Part shown: positions 14,795-24,274 of the stretch, piece after piece | Numbering within the stretch: position 1 is the first letter of the stretch | Layout of the letters: each line of letters begins with the position of its first letter | Program-made: the position numbers and the translations under genes | The notes under the pieces: model-generated | The model's database searches: none | The model's input: only the letters and a program-made list of their open reading frames with translations | Told to the model about the DNA's origin: nothing | IMG/VR virus record: IMGVR_UViG_3300017978_000327 | Coordinates: 1 to 43,435 of that record | Length of the DNA stretch: 43,435 nt | From: a virus | Strand: one strand, 5' to 3'

Positions 14795-14823
14795 TTGTCA
14801 AATAAAAAATAATGAGGTATAAT
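14795..14823 (+). promoter_or_regulatory. Near-consensus sigma70 promoter ahead of the packaging/morphogenesis module
   Basis: TTGTCA (14795-14800), 17-nt spacer, TATAAT (14818-14823). Confidence 0.6.
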
Positions 14824-14879
14824 ATGGATCAGGTAATACTTTTAATTATTGAGTTTTTCGACTTCCTTTTTGGTTGGAT

Positions 14880-15044
14880 ATGAACGGGATAAGTTATGTA
14901 CTTATAGGAGTGTTAATTGGCACTGCGCTGAAACACTGGTCAGTAATGACGCTGTTTTGTGTTATACTTATATCAATAGTATCATTAGGTATTTTAGTGT
15001 GCTCTGTTGCTAAAATTGAGAAGAAATATGCCGGTAGAATTTAG
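14880..15044 (+). CDS. 54-aa two-TM membrane protein (holin-like; below cutoff)
   Basis: Own translation: MNGISYVLIGVLIGTALKHWSVMTLFCVILISIVSLGILVCSVAKIEKKYAGRI. Two hydrophobic helices plus a charged tail. It lies just upstream of terS, the lysis-gene position in P22-like genomes. Confidence 0.5.
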   Translation: MNGISYVLIGVLIGTALKHWSVMTLFCVILISIVSLGILVCSVAKIEKKYAGRI

Positions 15045-15444
15045 AACAGGAAGACCGCCTCACTGGAACAACTGCCTTGACCTTGCTGCTCAATGTGAAA
15101 TGTACTTCGAGTATTGTGAGGAAAATGATAAACATCCAGGTATTGTCGGCCTTTCTGTGTTCCTAGATTGTGACAGACATGCACTTTACGACTACGCAAA
15201 GAAGCCTGAGTTTTCACACATTATAAAGAAATACAAAGCCAGGGTTGAGGCGTACCTTGAGGAAAGATTACAGGCAAACGCTTCAACAGGATCTATATTC
15301 AACCTTAAATGCAACTTCGGCTGGCGTGACGTTCAGACTATCGAACAGTCTGGGCCTGGGGGTGGACCGATAAAAACACAGAACGAATACAAGGTAACTT
15401 TTGTTTCATCTGATGGCAACGAGATTGTTAGGTCAAGTCGATAG
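15028..15444 (+). CDS. terS: Terminase small subunit
   Basis: GRPPHW...YFEYCEENDKHPGIVGLSVFLDCDRHALYDY...EFSHIIKKYKARVEAY...GSIFNLKCNFGWRD matches the common TerS pattern (GRP..., PtiaGLa.fLgv.r.tl, iF.LKn.fGWrD). ATG 15028 preferred over TTG 15007. Confidence 0.8.
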   Translation: MPVEFRTGRPPHWNNCLDLAAQCEMYFEYCEENDKHPGIVGLSVFLDCDRHALYDYAKKPEFSHIIKKYKARVEAYLEERLQANASTGSIFNLKCNFGWRDVQTIEQSGPGGGPIKTQNEYKVTFVSSDGNEIVRSSR

Positions 15445-15504
15445 TTATTGCCACCAAACTGTTGTCGGTGTTGAATTAACAAAAAGGTTAAATGCAGTGA
15501 CTAT

Positions 15505-16941
15505 TTGATTAATCTAAGAGTAAACGAAAAACTCCAAGACTTCCTGCTAAAACCTAAACCGATCAAGGCCGCAATAGGCGGCAGGGGAAGCGGGAAGTCT
15601 TTGGGTATAGGTGACATGCTAACGTTCAAGATGGACACAGAACGTGCTGACATCTATTGCTTACGTGAGTTTCAGGAGTCTCTTTCAGATTCAGTCCACC
15701 GTGTCTTTGTTGGTTCTGTTGAAAAACGATTGCAGTTGACCGGATGGGATATCCAAAAGAATACAGTAATCGCCCCTAATGGTGCATGTACAAAATATGT
15801 TGGTGCCGCAAGAAATCCTTCCTCAATACAATCAGCTCAAGATTACAAATACTCATGGTTTGAAGAAGCACAGAAAGCAAGCCAAGATTCAATAGATTTA
15901 CTCCTTCCAACAATCCTACGTAATCCAGGTTGCGAGTGCTGGTTTTCACTCAATCCGTGGTCTTCTGAAGATCCTATATCAAAACGTCTTATAACTCCAT
16001 ATCTTGACCAATTAACCACAACAGGAAATTATGAAGACGAATTACACCTTATCCAATGGGTAAACTGGCGGGACAATCCTTGGTGGAACGAGGACCAGGA
16101 ACGTTTGAGACGGTGGGATTTTGAGAACCTGTCTCGTGCAAAGTATGATTGGATATGGGAAGGTGCATTTAATGATGCTGTCGAAGATAGCCTTATACTT
16201 GCAGAATGGTTTGATACTTGTGTCGATGCACACAAGAGACTAGGTTTTGAGCCAACAGGGGCAAAGATAGCATCTCACGATCCATCAGACACCGGACCTG
16301 ATAACAAAGGGTATGCAATGCGTCACGGATCGGTGTTACTGTCGTTAGAAGAAAAAACAACTGGCAATATAAACGAGGGTTGTGATTGGGCTACTGGATT
16401 GGCAATAAATCAAGGTGTTGATGCCTTCACATGGGATTGTGACGGGATGGGAGTTGGATTGACCAGGCAAGTATCAATAGTGTTTGATGGAAAACATACC
16501 AGAATTAGTATGTTTAAAGGATCTGAATCACCTGATTTCCCAGAGGCTATATTTGAACCAGCCGAGAAAGCGCCTATTATCAACCAGAAGAAAATAAAAG
16601 ATTCTGTCAGGAATAAAAGAGCACAATACTACCATGAATTAAGGAAAAGAGTGTACAATACATACCTTGCAGTAGAAAAAAGTCAATATATTGACCCTGA
16701 CAAAATGATTTCTATTGACAGCAGTGTCAAAATGTTGTCAAAGTTAAGAGCAGAGTTATGTAGAATGCCCATAAAACCGAACGCAAATGGTAAATTTGAA
16801 ATGTACACCAAGGAAGAGATGAAGAGCAAGTTTAAATTTGCATCTCCTAACCTGGCTGATTCAGTAATGATGACAATGCGTCAACCACATATAGTAACCA
16901 ATCAAGTTGTAATGCCTAAACCAATGAGGGCGTTAAGATGA
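15505..16941 (+). CDS. terL: Terminase large subunit (PBSX/Terminase_3-like)
   Basis: Walker A GGRGSGKS near the N-terminus, appropriate size, and position between TerS and portal. The start codon is TTG as given by the track. Confidence 0.9.
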   Translation: MINLRVNEKLQDFLLKPKPIKAAIGGRGSGKSLGIGDMLTFKMDTERADIYCLREFQESLSDSVHRVFVGSVEKRLQLTGWDIQKNTVIAPNGACTKYVGAARNPSSIQSAQDYKYSWFEEAQKASQDSIDLLLPTILRNPGCECWFSLNPWSSEDPISKRLITPYLDQLTTTGNYEDELHLIQWVNWRDNPWWNEDQERLRRWDFENLSRAKYDWIWEGAFNDAVEDSLILAEWFDTCVDAHKRLGFEPTGAKIASHDPSDTGPDNKGYAMRHGSVLLSLEEKTTGNINEGCDWATGLAINQGVDAFTWDCDGMGVGLTRQVSIVFDGKHTRISMFKGSESPDFPEAIFEPAEKAPIINQKKIKDSVRNKRAQYYHELRKRVYNTYLAVEKSQYIDPDKMISIDSSVKMLSKLRAELCRMPIKPNANGKFEMYTKEEMKSKFKFASPNLADSVMMTMRQPHIVTNQVVMPKPMRALR

Positions 16942-17222
16942 GTGATACAGTACTTCCAAACGAAAGCGAAACAATGTATTCTGAGGTCGGATCAAACCCG
17001 GCACGCCATTACGCAGTAGTCACACCTCATGACACGGTCGATCTGTCCCCCCCGGCTCGATCACTGCGTATTGGTGGCGCTGGTGATGTAACTGTAATAA
17101 ATTATCGCGGTGCCTCAGTATTGTTTGCTAATTGTTATGAAGGTGAAGTCCTACCATGTTGGGTCAGGAGGGTAATGGATACCGGAACTGATGCAACTAA
17201 TATCGTAGCCTTTTACGGCTAA
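16938..17222 (+). CDS. Conserved-looking small phage protein (unknown; beta-rich)
   Basis: ATGA overlap with terL. ...LRIGGAGDVTVINYRGASVLFANCYEGEVLPCWVRRVMDTGTDATNIVAFYG resembles a small phage protein family I recall but cannot name. Confidence 0.6.
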   Translation: MSDTVLPNESETMYSEVGSNPARHYAVVTPHDTVDLSPPARSLRIGGAGDVTVINYRGASVLFANCYEGEVLPCWVRRVMDTGTDATNIVAFYG

Positions 17223-17233
17223 CGGAGAGAACA

Positions 17234-17728
17234 ATGTCGAAATCCACTATTCCTAGTCCTGGTAGCTCCTGGGCGCATTGGTCAACATCAAAGAAAGCCG
17301 ACCTGCAATCTATGGTTGATGCGATCAATTCAAACAACGACAACTATCTTGTAAGAAGCATTAGAACTCGCTTTACAGTTGCAGAGGTAAATGCAGGTGC
17401 TACTATTCTCGCCGCTTCTGCTGGTCAAAAATACCGGATGGTTGATTGTACTATTGCAGCTCAAGGTGGATCTGCGGCAACTGGTACGGCTGTTATTATT
17501 GTTGGTACTCAGACAAGTGCTGCTAGCCTTGTTTCTTTTGCAACTGCACAATTGACTGACGATTGTTTCCTCCGTCCTGGTATTACAGGCACCACAATAC
17601 TTGCAAATGGTGCGTCCTTCATTGCCAACGACGCCAACACTGCAATTACTATTGCAAAAACAGGAAGCAACTTTGCAACTGTTACGCATTTTGATGTCTG
17701 TTTTAGCTATGTGACCGAAACGGCATAA
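17234..17728 (+). CDS. Ala/Thr/Gly-rich beta protein (possible capsid decoration or accessory protein)
   Basis: GGAGAGA SD. 164-aa ORF between terL and portal. Function unknown. Confidence 0.55.
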   Translation: MSKSTIPSPGSSWAHWSTSKKADLQSMVDAINSNNDNYLVRSIRTRFTVAEVNAGATILAASAGQKYRMVDCTIAAQGGSAATGTAVIIVGTQTSAASLVSFATAQLTDDCFLRPGITGTTILANGASFIANDANTAITIAKTGSNFATVTHFDVCFSYVTETA

Positions 17729-17757
17729 CACTAGCAGTACATGGTTAGATAAAAACT

Positions 17758-19881
17758 ATGCTGGACATAGAAGAAATATTAGAGCTGCACGACAAGGCTT
17801 ATAATCGAGGTCAAACCACCCGTGAAAGGGCAACGGAAGACCTCGTTTTTTATTGGCTGACACAGTGGGATGACGACCTGTTATCAGAATCACCTTTAAT
17901 GTATCGTGGTGAATTTAATATTCTGCGAAAGGCTGGACGTGGTATTCTTGCAGACCTGGCGCAGAATCCGGTACAGGTTGACTTTGAACCGCTTGACGAC
18001 GACAGGGAAGATGCTGCCGACCTTGCAGACGGATTATACAGGAAAGACGATACACACAATACGTCCATTGAATCGTATTCTAACGGTATCCAAGAGGCTG
18101 TCGTGTGTGGTGTTGGTGCGTGGGAACTTCACACAGAATACAAGACCAGCCGCATTGGTGACAATAAGCAAATAATAAAACGTAGGCCGATTTACGAGGC
18201 CAACAATACTGTTTTTTGGGATCCTAATTCAAAGCTACTGGACAAGTCTGATGCAGATTATGTGTCGCTGATTTATCCATTTTCTGAGGATGGTTACGAG
18301 AAATTAGTCAAAGATTTGACAGGAGAGGCGGCTGACCCACTCAAAGCAGTTGATTTTAAATCACCAGAAACTAGCAATACATTCAGGTGGTTTTTAGGTT
18401 CTGGCAAGGAAATATATATTGGCAAGTTTTACCACCGGGAGAAGATCAAAGAAAACATCCTCACAATGGCGAACCCTTTAGGCCAGACCATGTTACTACG
18501 TGAGTCAGAACTTGAAGATGTCATGGAGGAAATGCTTGATATAGGGTTTACCGTTGAATCAGAAAAAGAGGTAGAACGGTGGCAGGTTACTTGCTATATT
18601 TGCAGCGGTAAAGAAATCATCCATCATTCAGTAGTTGCCGGTGATAATATCCCTGTTGTACCTGCATATGGGGAACGTGCTTTTGTAGACGGTGAGGAAC
18701 ATTACGAGGGAATTGTCAAACTGGCAAAAGATCCACAACGATTAAGGAACTTTCAACTTTCATATCTAGCAGACATTGTATCAACATCACCAAGGCCAAA
18801 ACCTGTCTACTATCCTGAACAGATTTCCGGTTTTGAATCAATGTATCAGACGGCAGGGGCCGACAACAATTATCCTTATACACTTCAAAATAGATTTGAC
18901 ATTAATGGCACGGAGTTGCCGCTTGGTGCCATATCCGTATCACCCGAACAGAACATACCGCAAGCCCTTATTGCGTCAATCCAACTGAGTAGGGAATCGG
19001 TTGAGGACGTAGCCAATCCGGGGCTACCGCAAGATATAGCCGATCCCGACACATCAGGTAAGGCTGTGCTGGCAATGCAAGCAAGGCTTGATATGCAGTC
19101 GATGATATATCAAGAACACCTTAAACACGCAAAACGGCGTGACGGTGTTATATGGGCAAGCATGGCGGCAGATGTTTACGATACTCCAAGAAAAGAAAAG
19201 ATAGTCTTACCTGATGGGACACGCAAAACTGTTGAGATAATGGAGCAAGTTGTCGATCCTGTCACTGGTGAGATAACAACGTTAAACGACCTTTCTAACA
19301 TAGAGTTCGAGGTGTATTCGACAATTACCTCAACGTACACAAGCAAAAAAGAACAAACTTTGGCCCGACTTGACAGCATGATAACGGCTATCGAGCCTGG
19401 TAATCCGCTTCGTGAAATAATGCTGCTTAAAGCATTAAGATTGACTGATGGCATAGACTTTGACGATGTAAGAGAATACAGCAACAAGCAATTAATTCTA
19501 AAAGGAATTAAAGAACCTGACACTGAAGAAGAAAAGGCAATGCTCCAGGCAGCACAGCAGCAACCTAAAGAACCAAGTGCAGAGATGATACTTGCTCAGG
19601 GCGAGTTGATGAAAGGTCAGGCTGCAATGATGAAAGAGAAGCGCGAAGTAATGCAAGCGCAACTTGAGTTTAAGGTTGACCAGGCAACTAACCAGGTTGA
19701 CGTATTTAGAGCACAAACAGAGCGGATGAACACCCAGATTAAAGCGCAGGAAGCTGGCGCAACCATTGAGAACAAACGAATTGACAGTTTTGGTAAGAAG
19801 ATCGACAATCAAGCAAAGATAATACAACTTAAACAACCAAAAGACATGACAAACGAAGAACTTCTTGCCATGCTTGGATAG
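17758..19881 (+). CDS. Portal protein, P22 gp1-like
   Basis: By-eye alignment to P22 gp1: LVFYWLTQWDDDL...YRGEFNILR...GVGAWEL...IIKRRPIY...VFWDPNSKLLDKSDA. Long helical Q/E/K-rich C-terminus like the P22 portal barrel. Confidence 0.95.
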   Translation: MLDIEEILELHDKAYNRGQTTRERATEDLVFYWLTQWDDDLLSESPLMYRGEFNILRKAGRGILADLAQNPVQVDFEPLDDDREDAADLADGLYRKDDTHNTSIESYSNGIQEAVVCGVGAWELHTEYKTSRIGDNKQIIKRRPIYEANNTVFWDPNSKLLDKSDADYVSLIYPFSEDGYEKLVKDLTGEAADPLKAVDFKSPETSNTFRWFLGSGKEIYIGKFYHREKIKENILTMANPLGQTMLLRESELEDVMEEMLDIGFTVESEKEVERWQVTCYICSGKEIIHHSVVAGDNIPVVPAYGERAFVDGEEHYEGIVKLAKDPQRLRNFQLSYLADIVSTSPRPKPVYYPEQISGFESMYQTAGADNNYPYTLQNRFDINGTELPLGAISVSPEQNIPQALIASIQLSRESVEDVANPGLPQDIADPDTSGKAVLAMQARLDMQSMIYQEHLKHAKRRDGVIWASMAADVYDTPRKEKIVLPDGTRKTVEIMEQVVDPVTGEITTLNDLSNIEFEVYSTITSTYTSKKEQTLARLDSMITAIEPGNPLREIMLLKALRLTDGIDFDDVREYSNKQLILKGIKEPDTEEEKAMLQAAQQQPKEPSAEMILAQGELMKGQAAMMKEKREVMQAQLEFKVDQATNQVDVFRAQTERMNTQIKAQEAGATIENKRIDSFGKKIDNQAKIIQLKQPKDMTNEELLAMLG

Positions 19882-19983
19882 CCTACTGGTTGGCAAGTAA
19901 CCAGGTGCTGATCGGACAGCCAACAAACCGAACACTTACCGGAGTTAAACCGGGATGCCCACACCGGGTAAAAGGTGGAGAGT

Positions 19984-20889
19984 ATGAGCAGAGAATATAA
20001 TGATGCAGCGGCGGAAGATTTGGAAGAAGCAAAAGAAGAAGTAAAGGAAGAAACCGTAGACGAAAATGTAGAATTTGAACTTGCAGAAGGTGATGAAGAA
20101 GAGCAGGAAAAACCTTTCTGGGAAGAGTCAGATGAAGCCGATACGGTAGAGCCGTGGCACATTAAGATGAAACAAAAGCTCAAGGGTAAGTTATCCGAGA
20201 GCCAGGCAGAAATTGAAAGGTTGAAGGCAGAACTGGCCGCGAAAAACACGGTAAAGGTGGATATTAAAAGGCCAAAACCTGAAGACTTCGACACTGATGA
20301 ACAGTATGAAAAAGCATTTGATGACTATGAGAATGCCAAGGTAAACGCATTACTTAATGCAACAAGGAAAGAGGAACAGGTAGGAAAGACGCAAGAGCAG
20401 CTTATTAACAGGATAACCAAAGCTGTTGACGACCACATCGAAAGAGCAAACACGTTCGTCACAAAGAACTCGATAAAGCCGGAAGTATATGAAAAAGCAA
20501 CCGACAATGTACGCAATGCCATCGAAGAACTTGTACCTGGCAAGCGTGCATTTGACCAATTTTTAGATATTGTCGGTGAAGGTTCTGAGATGACCATGTT
20601 TGCTGTTGGTCTTAATAAAACGTATCTTTCGACATTTAAAGAGAAACTTCGTGAAGATCCTCTTGGAATGAAAGCAGCTTTTTATCTTGGATCACTAACT
20701 GGTACATTGAATGCAAAACAAAACAAAACAAGTCGAGCGCCTAAACCAACACCTGGACTGAAAGGAGATGGTGGCTCAGTGGCAACAAGCAAACTGAAAT
20801 CATCTTATGATAAGGAGAAGGACCCGCAAAAAAGGTTCTCTCTTCGCAGACAGGCAAAGAAATCGGGCATCGACACAACCAAATGGTAA
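19984..20889 (+). CDS. Scaffolding protein
   Basis: Highly charged helical 301-aa protein between portal and coat with a basic C-terminus. AAGGTGGA SD precedes ATG 19984; the track start is GTG 19975. Confidence 0.75.
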   Translation: MSREYNDAAAEDLEEAKEEVKEETVDENVEFELAEGDEEEQEKPFWEESDEADTVEPWHIKMKQKLKGKLSESQAEIERLKAELAAKNTVKVDIKRPKPEDFDTDEQYEKAFDDYENAKVNALLNATRKEEQVGKTQEQLINRITKAVDDHIERANTFVTKNSIKPEVYEKATDNVRNAIEELVPGKRAFDQFLDIVGEGSEMTMFAVGLNKTYLSTFKEKLREDPLGMKAAFYLGSLTGTLNAKQNKTSRAPKPTPGLKGDGGSVATSKLKSSYDKEKDPQKRFSLRRQAKKSGIDTTKW

Positions 20890-20895
20890 TGGAAA

Positions 20896-22176
20896 ATGGT
20901 TAACGCAACTGGTAAAATTGTAGAAATCCTTTTTGAGAACACCTTAGAAACATACGAGCAGCAGACCGATATGCTCAATATGGTAAACTTTAAAGCTCCT
21001 GACCCAACCATGATGACCCGTGCAGGCGATGTTATTTGGGAAACGGTAGCACAACACGCTCCTATTATCGAGGGAACGGACCTCGGAAGTACAACCGAGA
21101 CTAATATCATTAAAGAGACTTATCCCCGACTAATGGGTACTCTCCAGAACGATTGGGTACAACAGGACATCTTTGATTCTCGTGATATGTCTTTCTGGAA
21201 CGAACGAGGAAAGGTTTCAGGTAAACGTCAGGCACTTGAACTGCAAAAGAAACTTGCGGCCGCAATAGCGACCCAGGGTAGTTTGTTTTATCGGTCAAAT
21301 GTGACCAGCGGTTATGACTTTATCGCCGAAGCACAGGCAATGATGAACGAACGGCAACTGCCAAACACCGGCAGGTATTTCATGCTTAACGACCGTACTC
21401 AACTCAAGTATTCAAAAGATTTGGCATCGAGGGAAAACCTTGCTGGTCGTCCTGAAGGAACCTGGAAAACTGGCATGATCGGTTCAAGTGTTGCTGATTT
21501 TGATCTGTACACTGGCTCTTTCCTGCCCAACATAGTTGGTGGTGCAAGTCCTGGAACCGATGTAACTGCAAAACTTTCCTGCAAACCACAGGCAGGGTCA
21601 GTTAATACCACAACTGGCGTTGTTACTAACATCGACTATCGCACGGCAACGGTAGCTGTTACAGCGTCTACCTCGTATAACGTCGGCGATAAGGTATACT
21701 TTACCAACTCTTCTGTTCCGGTTTATGCACTTGGTAAGGCTGATAAGACTAACACCGGACAACCGATGATTTTCACTATCATCACCAAGCCAGGCAGCAC
21801 TTCAGTGACTGTGTATCCTAAACCAATAGCCGCTGACGACGCTGGACTTACCGCAACTGAGCTAGCGTATGCAAACGTTAATACTCAGATTGATGTTGGC
21901 GCAATCATGGTACGCCTTAACACTGGTGCATCAGAAAAGACTAACCTTTTTTGGGATAAAAATGCCATCACCATCACTGGTGGAATGCTCCCTGCAACGA
22001 TGTTCAAAGAACTTTCTGGATTCAAGGTTATCAGCGAGACTATGAGCAACGGCTTGACCATGTATGTTGTCTACGACGGCAATATCGAGGATCTTACATT
22101 CAGGTATCGATTATTTACATGGTACGGTATCACGGTGGCAGATCCAAGCAATTGCGGTGTAGCTGTATCTTACTAA
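20896..22176 (+). CDS. Major capsid (coat) protein, P22 gp5-like
   Basis: VYPKPIAADDAGLTATELAYANVNTQ...TNLFWDKNAITITGGMLPA aligns with P22 gp5 [26 protein letters not shown]...TNVFWADDAIRIVSQPIPA. 426 aa compared with 430 aa. Confidence 0.95.
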   Translation: MVNATGKIVEILFENTLETYEQQTDMLNMVNFKAPDPTMMTRAGDVIWETVAQHAPIIEGTDLGSTTETNIIKETYPRLMGTLQNDWVQQDIFDSRDMSFWNERGKVSGKRQALELQKKLAAAIATQGSLFYRSNVTSGYDFIAEAQAMMNERQLPNTGRYFMLNDRTQLKYSKDLASRENLAGRPEGTWKTGMIGSSVADFDLYTGSFLPNIVGGASPGTDVTAKLSCKPQAGSVNTTTGVVTNIDYRTATVAVTASTSYNVGDKVYFTNSSVPVYALGKADKTNTGQPMIFTIITKPGSTSVTVYPKPIAADDAGLTATELAYANVNTQIDVGAIMVRLNTGASEKTNLFWDKNAITITGGMLPATMFKELSGFKVISETMSNGLTMYVVYDGNIEDLTFRYRLFTWYGITVADPSNCGVAVSY

Positions 22177-22183
22177 ACTAAAC

Positions 22184-22212
22184 AACGGGGTAGGCCAATA
22201 ACCTGCCCCGTT
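22184..22212 (+). terminator. Hairpin after the coat gene (attenuator or partial terminator)
   Basis: AACGGGGTAGG (22184-22194) pairs with CCTGCCCCGTT (22202-22212): 11 bp with one G-U, 7-nt loop, followed by only a short T run. Confidence 0.5.
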
Positions 22213-22219
22213 TAGTGAA

Positions 22220-22399
22220 ATGTCAATCGTACTGTATAGAGAAGGTGAAACGCACAAAGAGAAAGGTATCCTGTGCGAACGTGGTTTATTTGAAGTGGAA
22301 GAACTGTTTATCAAGTTGGAAGAAGGTTGGGTAAATGATCCTGTAAAATTGTATCAGGAACCAGTGAAGAGGAAACGCAATGTCAAACCTAAAATCTGA
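22220..22399 (+). CDS. 59-aa hypothetical protein (below cutoff)
   Basis: Own translation: MSIVLYREGETHKEKGILCERGLFEVEELFIKLEEGWVNDPVKLYQEPVKRKRNVKPKI. It fills an otherwise empty 200-nt gap. No clear SD. Confidence 0.4.
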   Translation: MSIVLYREGETHKEKGILCERGLFEVEELFIKLEEGWVNDPVKLYQEPVKRKRNVKPKI

Positions 22400-22877
22400 T
22401 ATAATTGCAGATGCACATAGCAAGATAAGGTTATCTGGTTTAACTATAACACCAGGACCAAGAGAGAATGAACTTGCTTTGCGTAGACTTGAGCAAATGG
22501 CCGAGGTCTTTATCTCAAACCGTATCTATGTCGGATATTTGACAGAAGATGAGCCGGACGCAGCATCAGAGACAGGATTGAAAACAAAATACCATGATGC
22601 GTTTGCTTCAAACCTTGCACTGAAACTACTCAACGACTACGGCAAAGAACCACCGACAATGCTGGTTCTTGAAGCAAGGGGTGGACTGTCTTATTTATAC
22701 TCACAAACTGCTTCTGTTCCGGTTGTTCCATATCCTTCACGGCAACCTGTAGGCTCTGGTAATTATCCATATGGCTACGTACAGACCGAGCCACTTGATT
22801 ATGATGAACTTGAGGACGTTGTTGGCCTTGAAATGGTTGACGGACTGCTCATGGTTGACGGGTTAGAAATGACATAA
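22380..22877 (+). CDS. Head-completion / tail accessory factor, P22 gp4-like
   Basis: PYPSRQPVGSGN compared with P22 gp4 PYPSRMPTGSGN. 165 aa compared with 166 aa. Canonical position. Confidence 0.85.
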   Translation: MSNLKSDIIADAHSKIRLSGLTITPGPRENELALRRLEQMAEVFISNRIYVGYLTEDEPDAASETGLKTKYHDAFASNLALKLLNDYGKEPPTMLVLEARGGLSYLYSQTASVPVVPYPSRQPVGSGNYPYGYVQTEPLDYDELEDVVGLEMVDGLLMVDGLEMT

Positions 22878-24274
22878 TGGAAGCCTTTGTCAACATCATA
22901 AAAGGCGATTCAATAGGGCTTGATACCGAGTATAAAGACTCTTTGCCGGTGAATATGTATGCTGTGCAGAAAGAGATACTAGGAGCAAAAGGATATCTTA
23001 TCTGCTATCCAGGGTTGACAACATTTGGCGTGTCTGTTGGTCCTGATCGTGGCGCTGTTTATAATGAGCGGATGGGTTTACACTTCAGGGTATCAGGAAA
23101 CAAACTCATATCAGTAAACAAATATGGTTCAATAGTTGACCTTGGAGAAATCCCGGGAGAAAAACAAGTATCAATGCCGTACAGCTTTAATACCCAGGCT
23201 ATTGTAACAGATGGTCGCGTTTTCCTCTATTCTATCGCTGATGGTTTGATTGAAATAACCGATACCGACCTTGGAAGTCCTTTTGATGGGGTGTGGATAG
23301 ACGGATATTACTTCTTTGTTGACGGAGAATACATATTCCACACTGATATAGCCGATGAATCAAGCATTGTACCTCTTTCTTTTGGCACTGCTGAATTTAT
23401 GCCAGATCAAAGTATTGCAGTTGCTAAAACTCAAGACGACAAGGCCATAGTATTTGGACGGTACAGTATTGAATACTTTGAGGACATTGCTACTCCTAAC
23501 TTTGCTTTTCAACGGATGTCATCGAGAGCGCAGAAAATAGGCATTGTTTCAACACATGCTAAATGTGAAGTTGAGGGATTTTTCTATATCCTTGGTGGGA
23601 GGAAAAACGAACAACTTGGGATACATGTTATTTCTATTGGCAATTCCGTTAAGGTGTCAACAAAAGAGATTGATTCTATAATATCGCAATATACCGAAGA
23701 CGACCTTGTAAATGTACGGATAGAGGCAAGGAAAGAACGAGACACCACCTTCGTCATAGTTCATCTACCACAGCATACACTATGTTTCAATGAGACTCTT
23801 GCGGCCAAGGTTGGATATGATTACGCATGGACTGAGCTACGAACTGGTGAAGGAAATTACCTTGCCATAAACGGAATATACGATGCCAGGATATCTAAAT
23901 TTGTCTACGGTGATAAATATGGGTATGAATTAAAATATCTTGATTACTCTTTGTTCTCTCAATCAGGTGTTGAGCAGGAATTCATACTTGATAGCCCTTT
24001 CGTTTATATGGGGGGGAAGTCTATTGACATCATGGAGATGAACACAATACCCGGCAGAAACTCCGTAAACGATGCGACAGTTGCTTTTTCCATTACAACT
24101 GATGGCACAACGTACAGCCATGAATCATGGAGCCTTTACGGTTCAAATGACGAATACAATAACCGATTTATAGCTTTAAGACTTGGTTACATATCTAATT
24201 GGGTAGGTTTCAGGTTCAGGGGAAAAACCAAATCCAGAATGTCTTTCTCAGGGATGAAGATATCATATGCTTGA
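22877..24274 (+). CDS. Tail hub / DNA stabilisation protein, P22 gp10-like
   Basis: DSLPVNMYAVQKEILGAKGYLICYPGLT compared with P22 gp10 DYLPVNMLATPKEILNSSGYLRSFPGIT. 465 aa compared with 472 aa. Confidence 0.9.
   Translation: MEAFVNIIKGDSIGLDTEYKDSLPVNMYAVQKEILGAKGYLICYPGLTTFGVSVGPDRGAVYNERMGLHFRVSGNKLISVNKYGSIVDLGEIPGEKQVSMPYSFNTQAIVTDGRVFLYSIADGLIEITDTDLGSPFDGVWIDGYYFFVDGEYIFHTDIADESSIVPLSFGTAEFMPDQSIAVAKTQDDKAIVFGRYSIEYFEDIATPNFAFQRMSSRAQKIGIVSTHAKCEVEGFFYILGGRKNEQLGIHVISIGNSVKVSTKEIDSIISQYTEDDLVNVRIEARKERDTTFVIVHLPQHTLCFNETLAAKVGYDYAWTELRTGEGNYLAINGIYDARISKFVYGDKYGYELKYLDYSLFSQSGVEQEFILDSPFVYMGGKSIDIMEMNTIPGRNSVNDATVAFSITTDGTTYSHESWSLYGSNDEYNNRFIALRLGYISNWVGFRFRGKTKSRMSFSGMKISYA

Noticed and set aside
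22833-22861. 11-nt direct repeat ATGGTTGACGG x2 (18-nt period) at the 3' end of the gp4-like gene
   Set aside because: It is in-frame and simply encodes a short duplicated LEMVDGL/LMVDGLEM tail. This is likely trivial slippage with no evidence of function.
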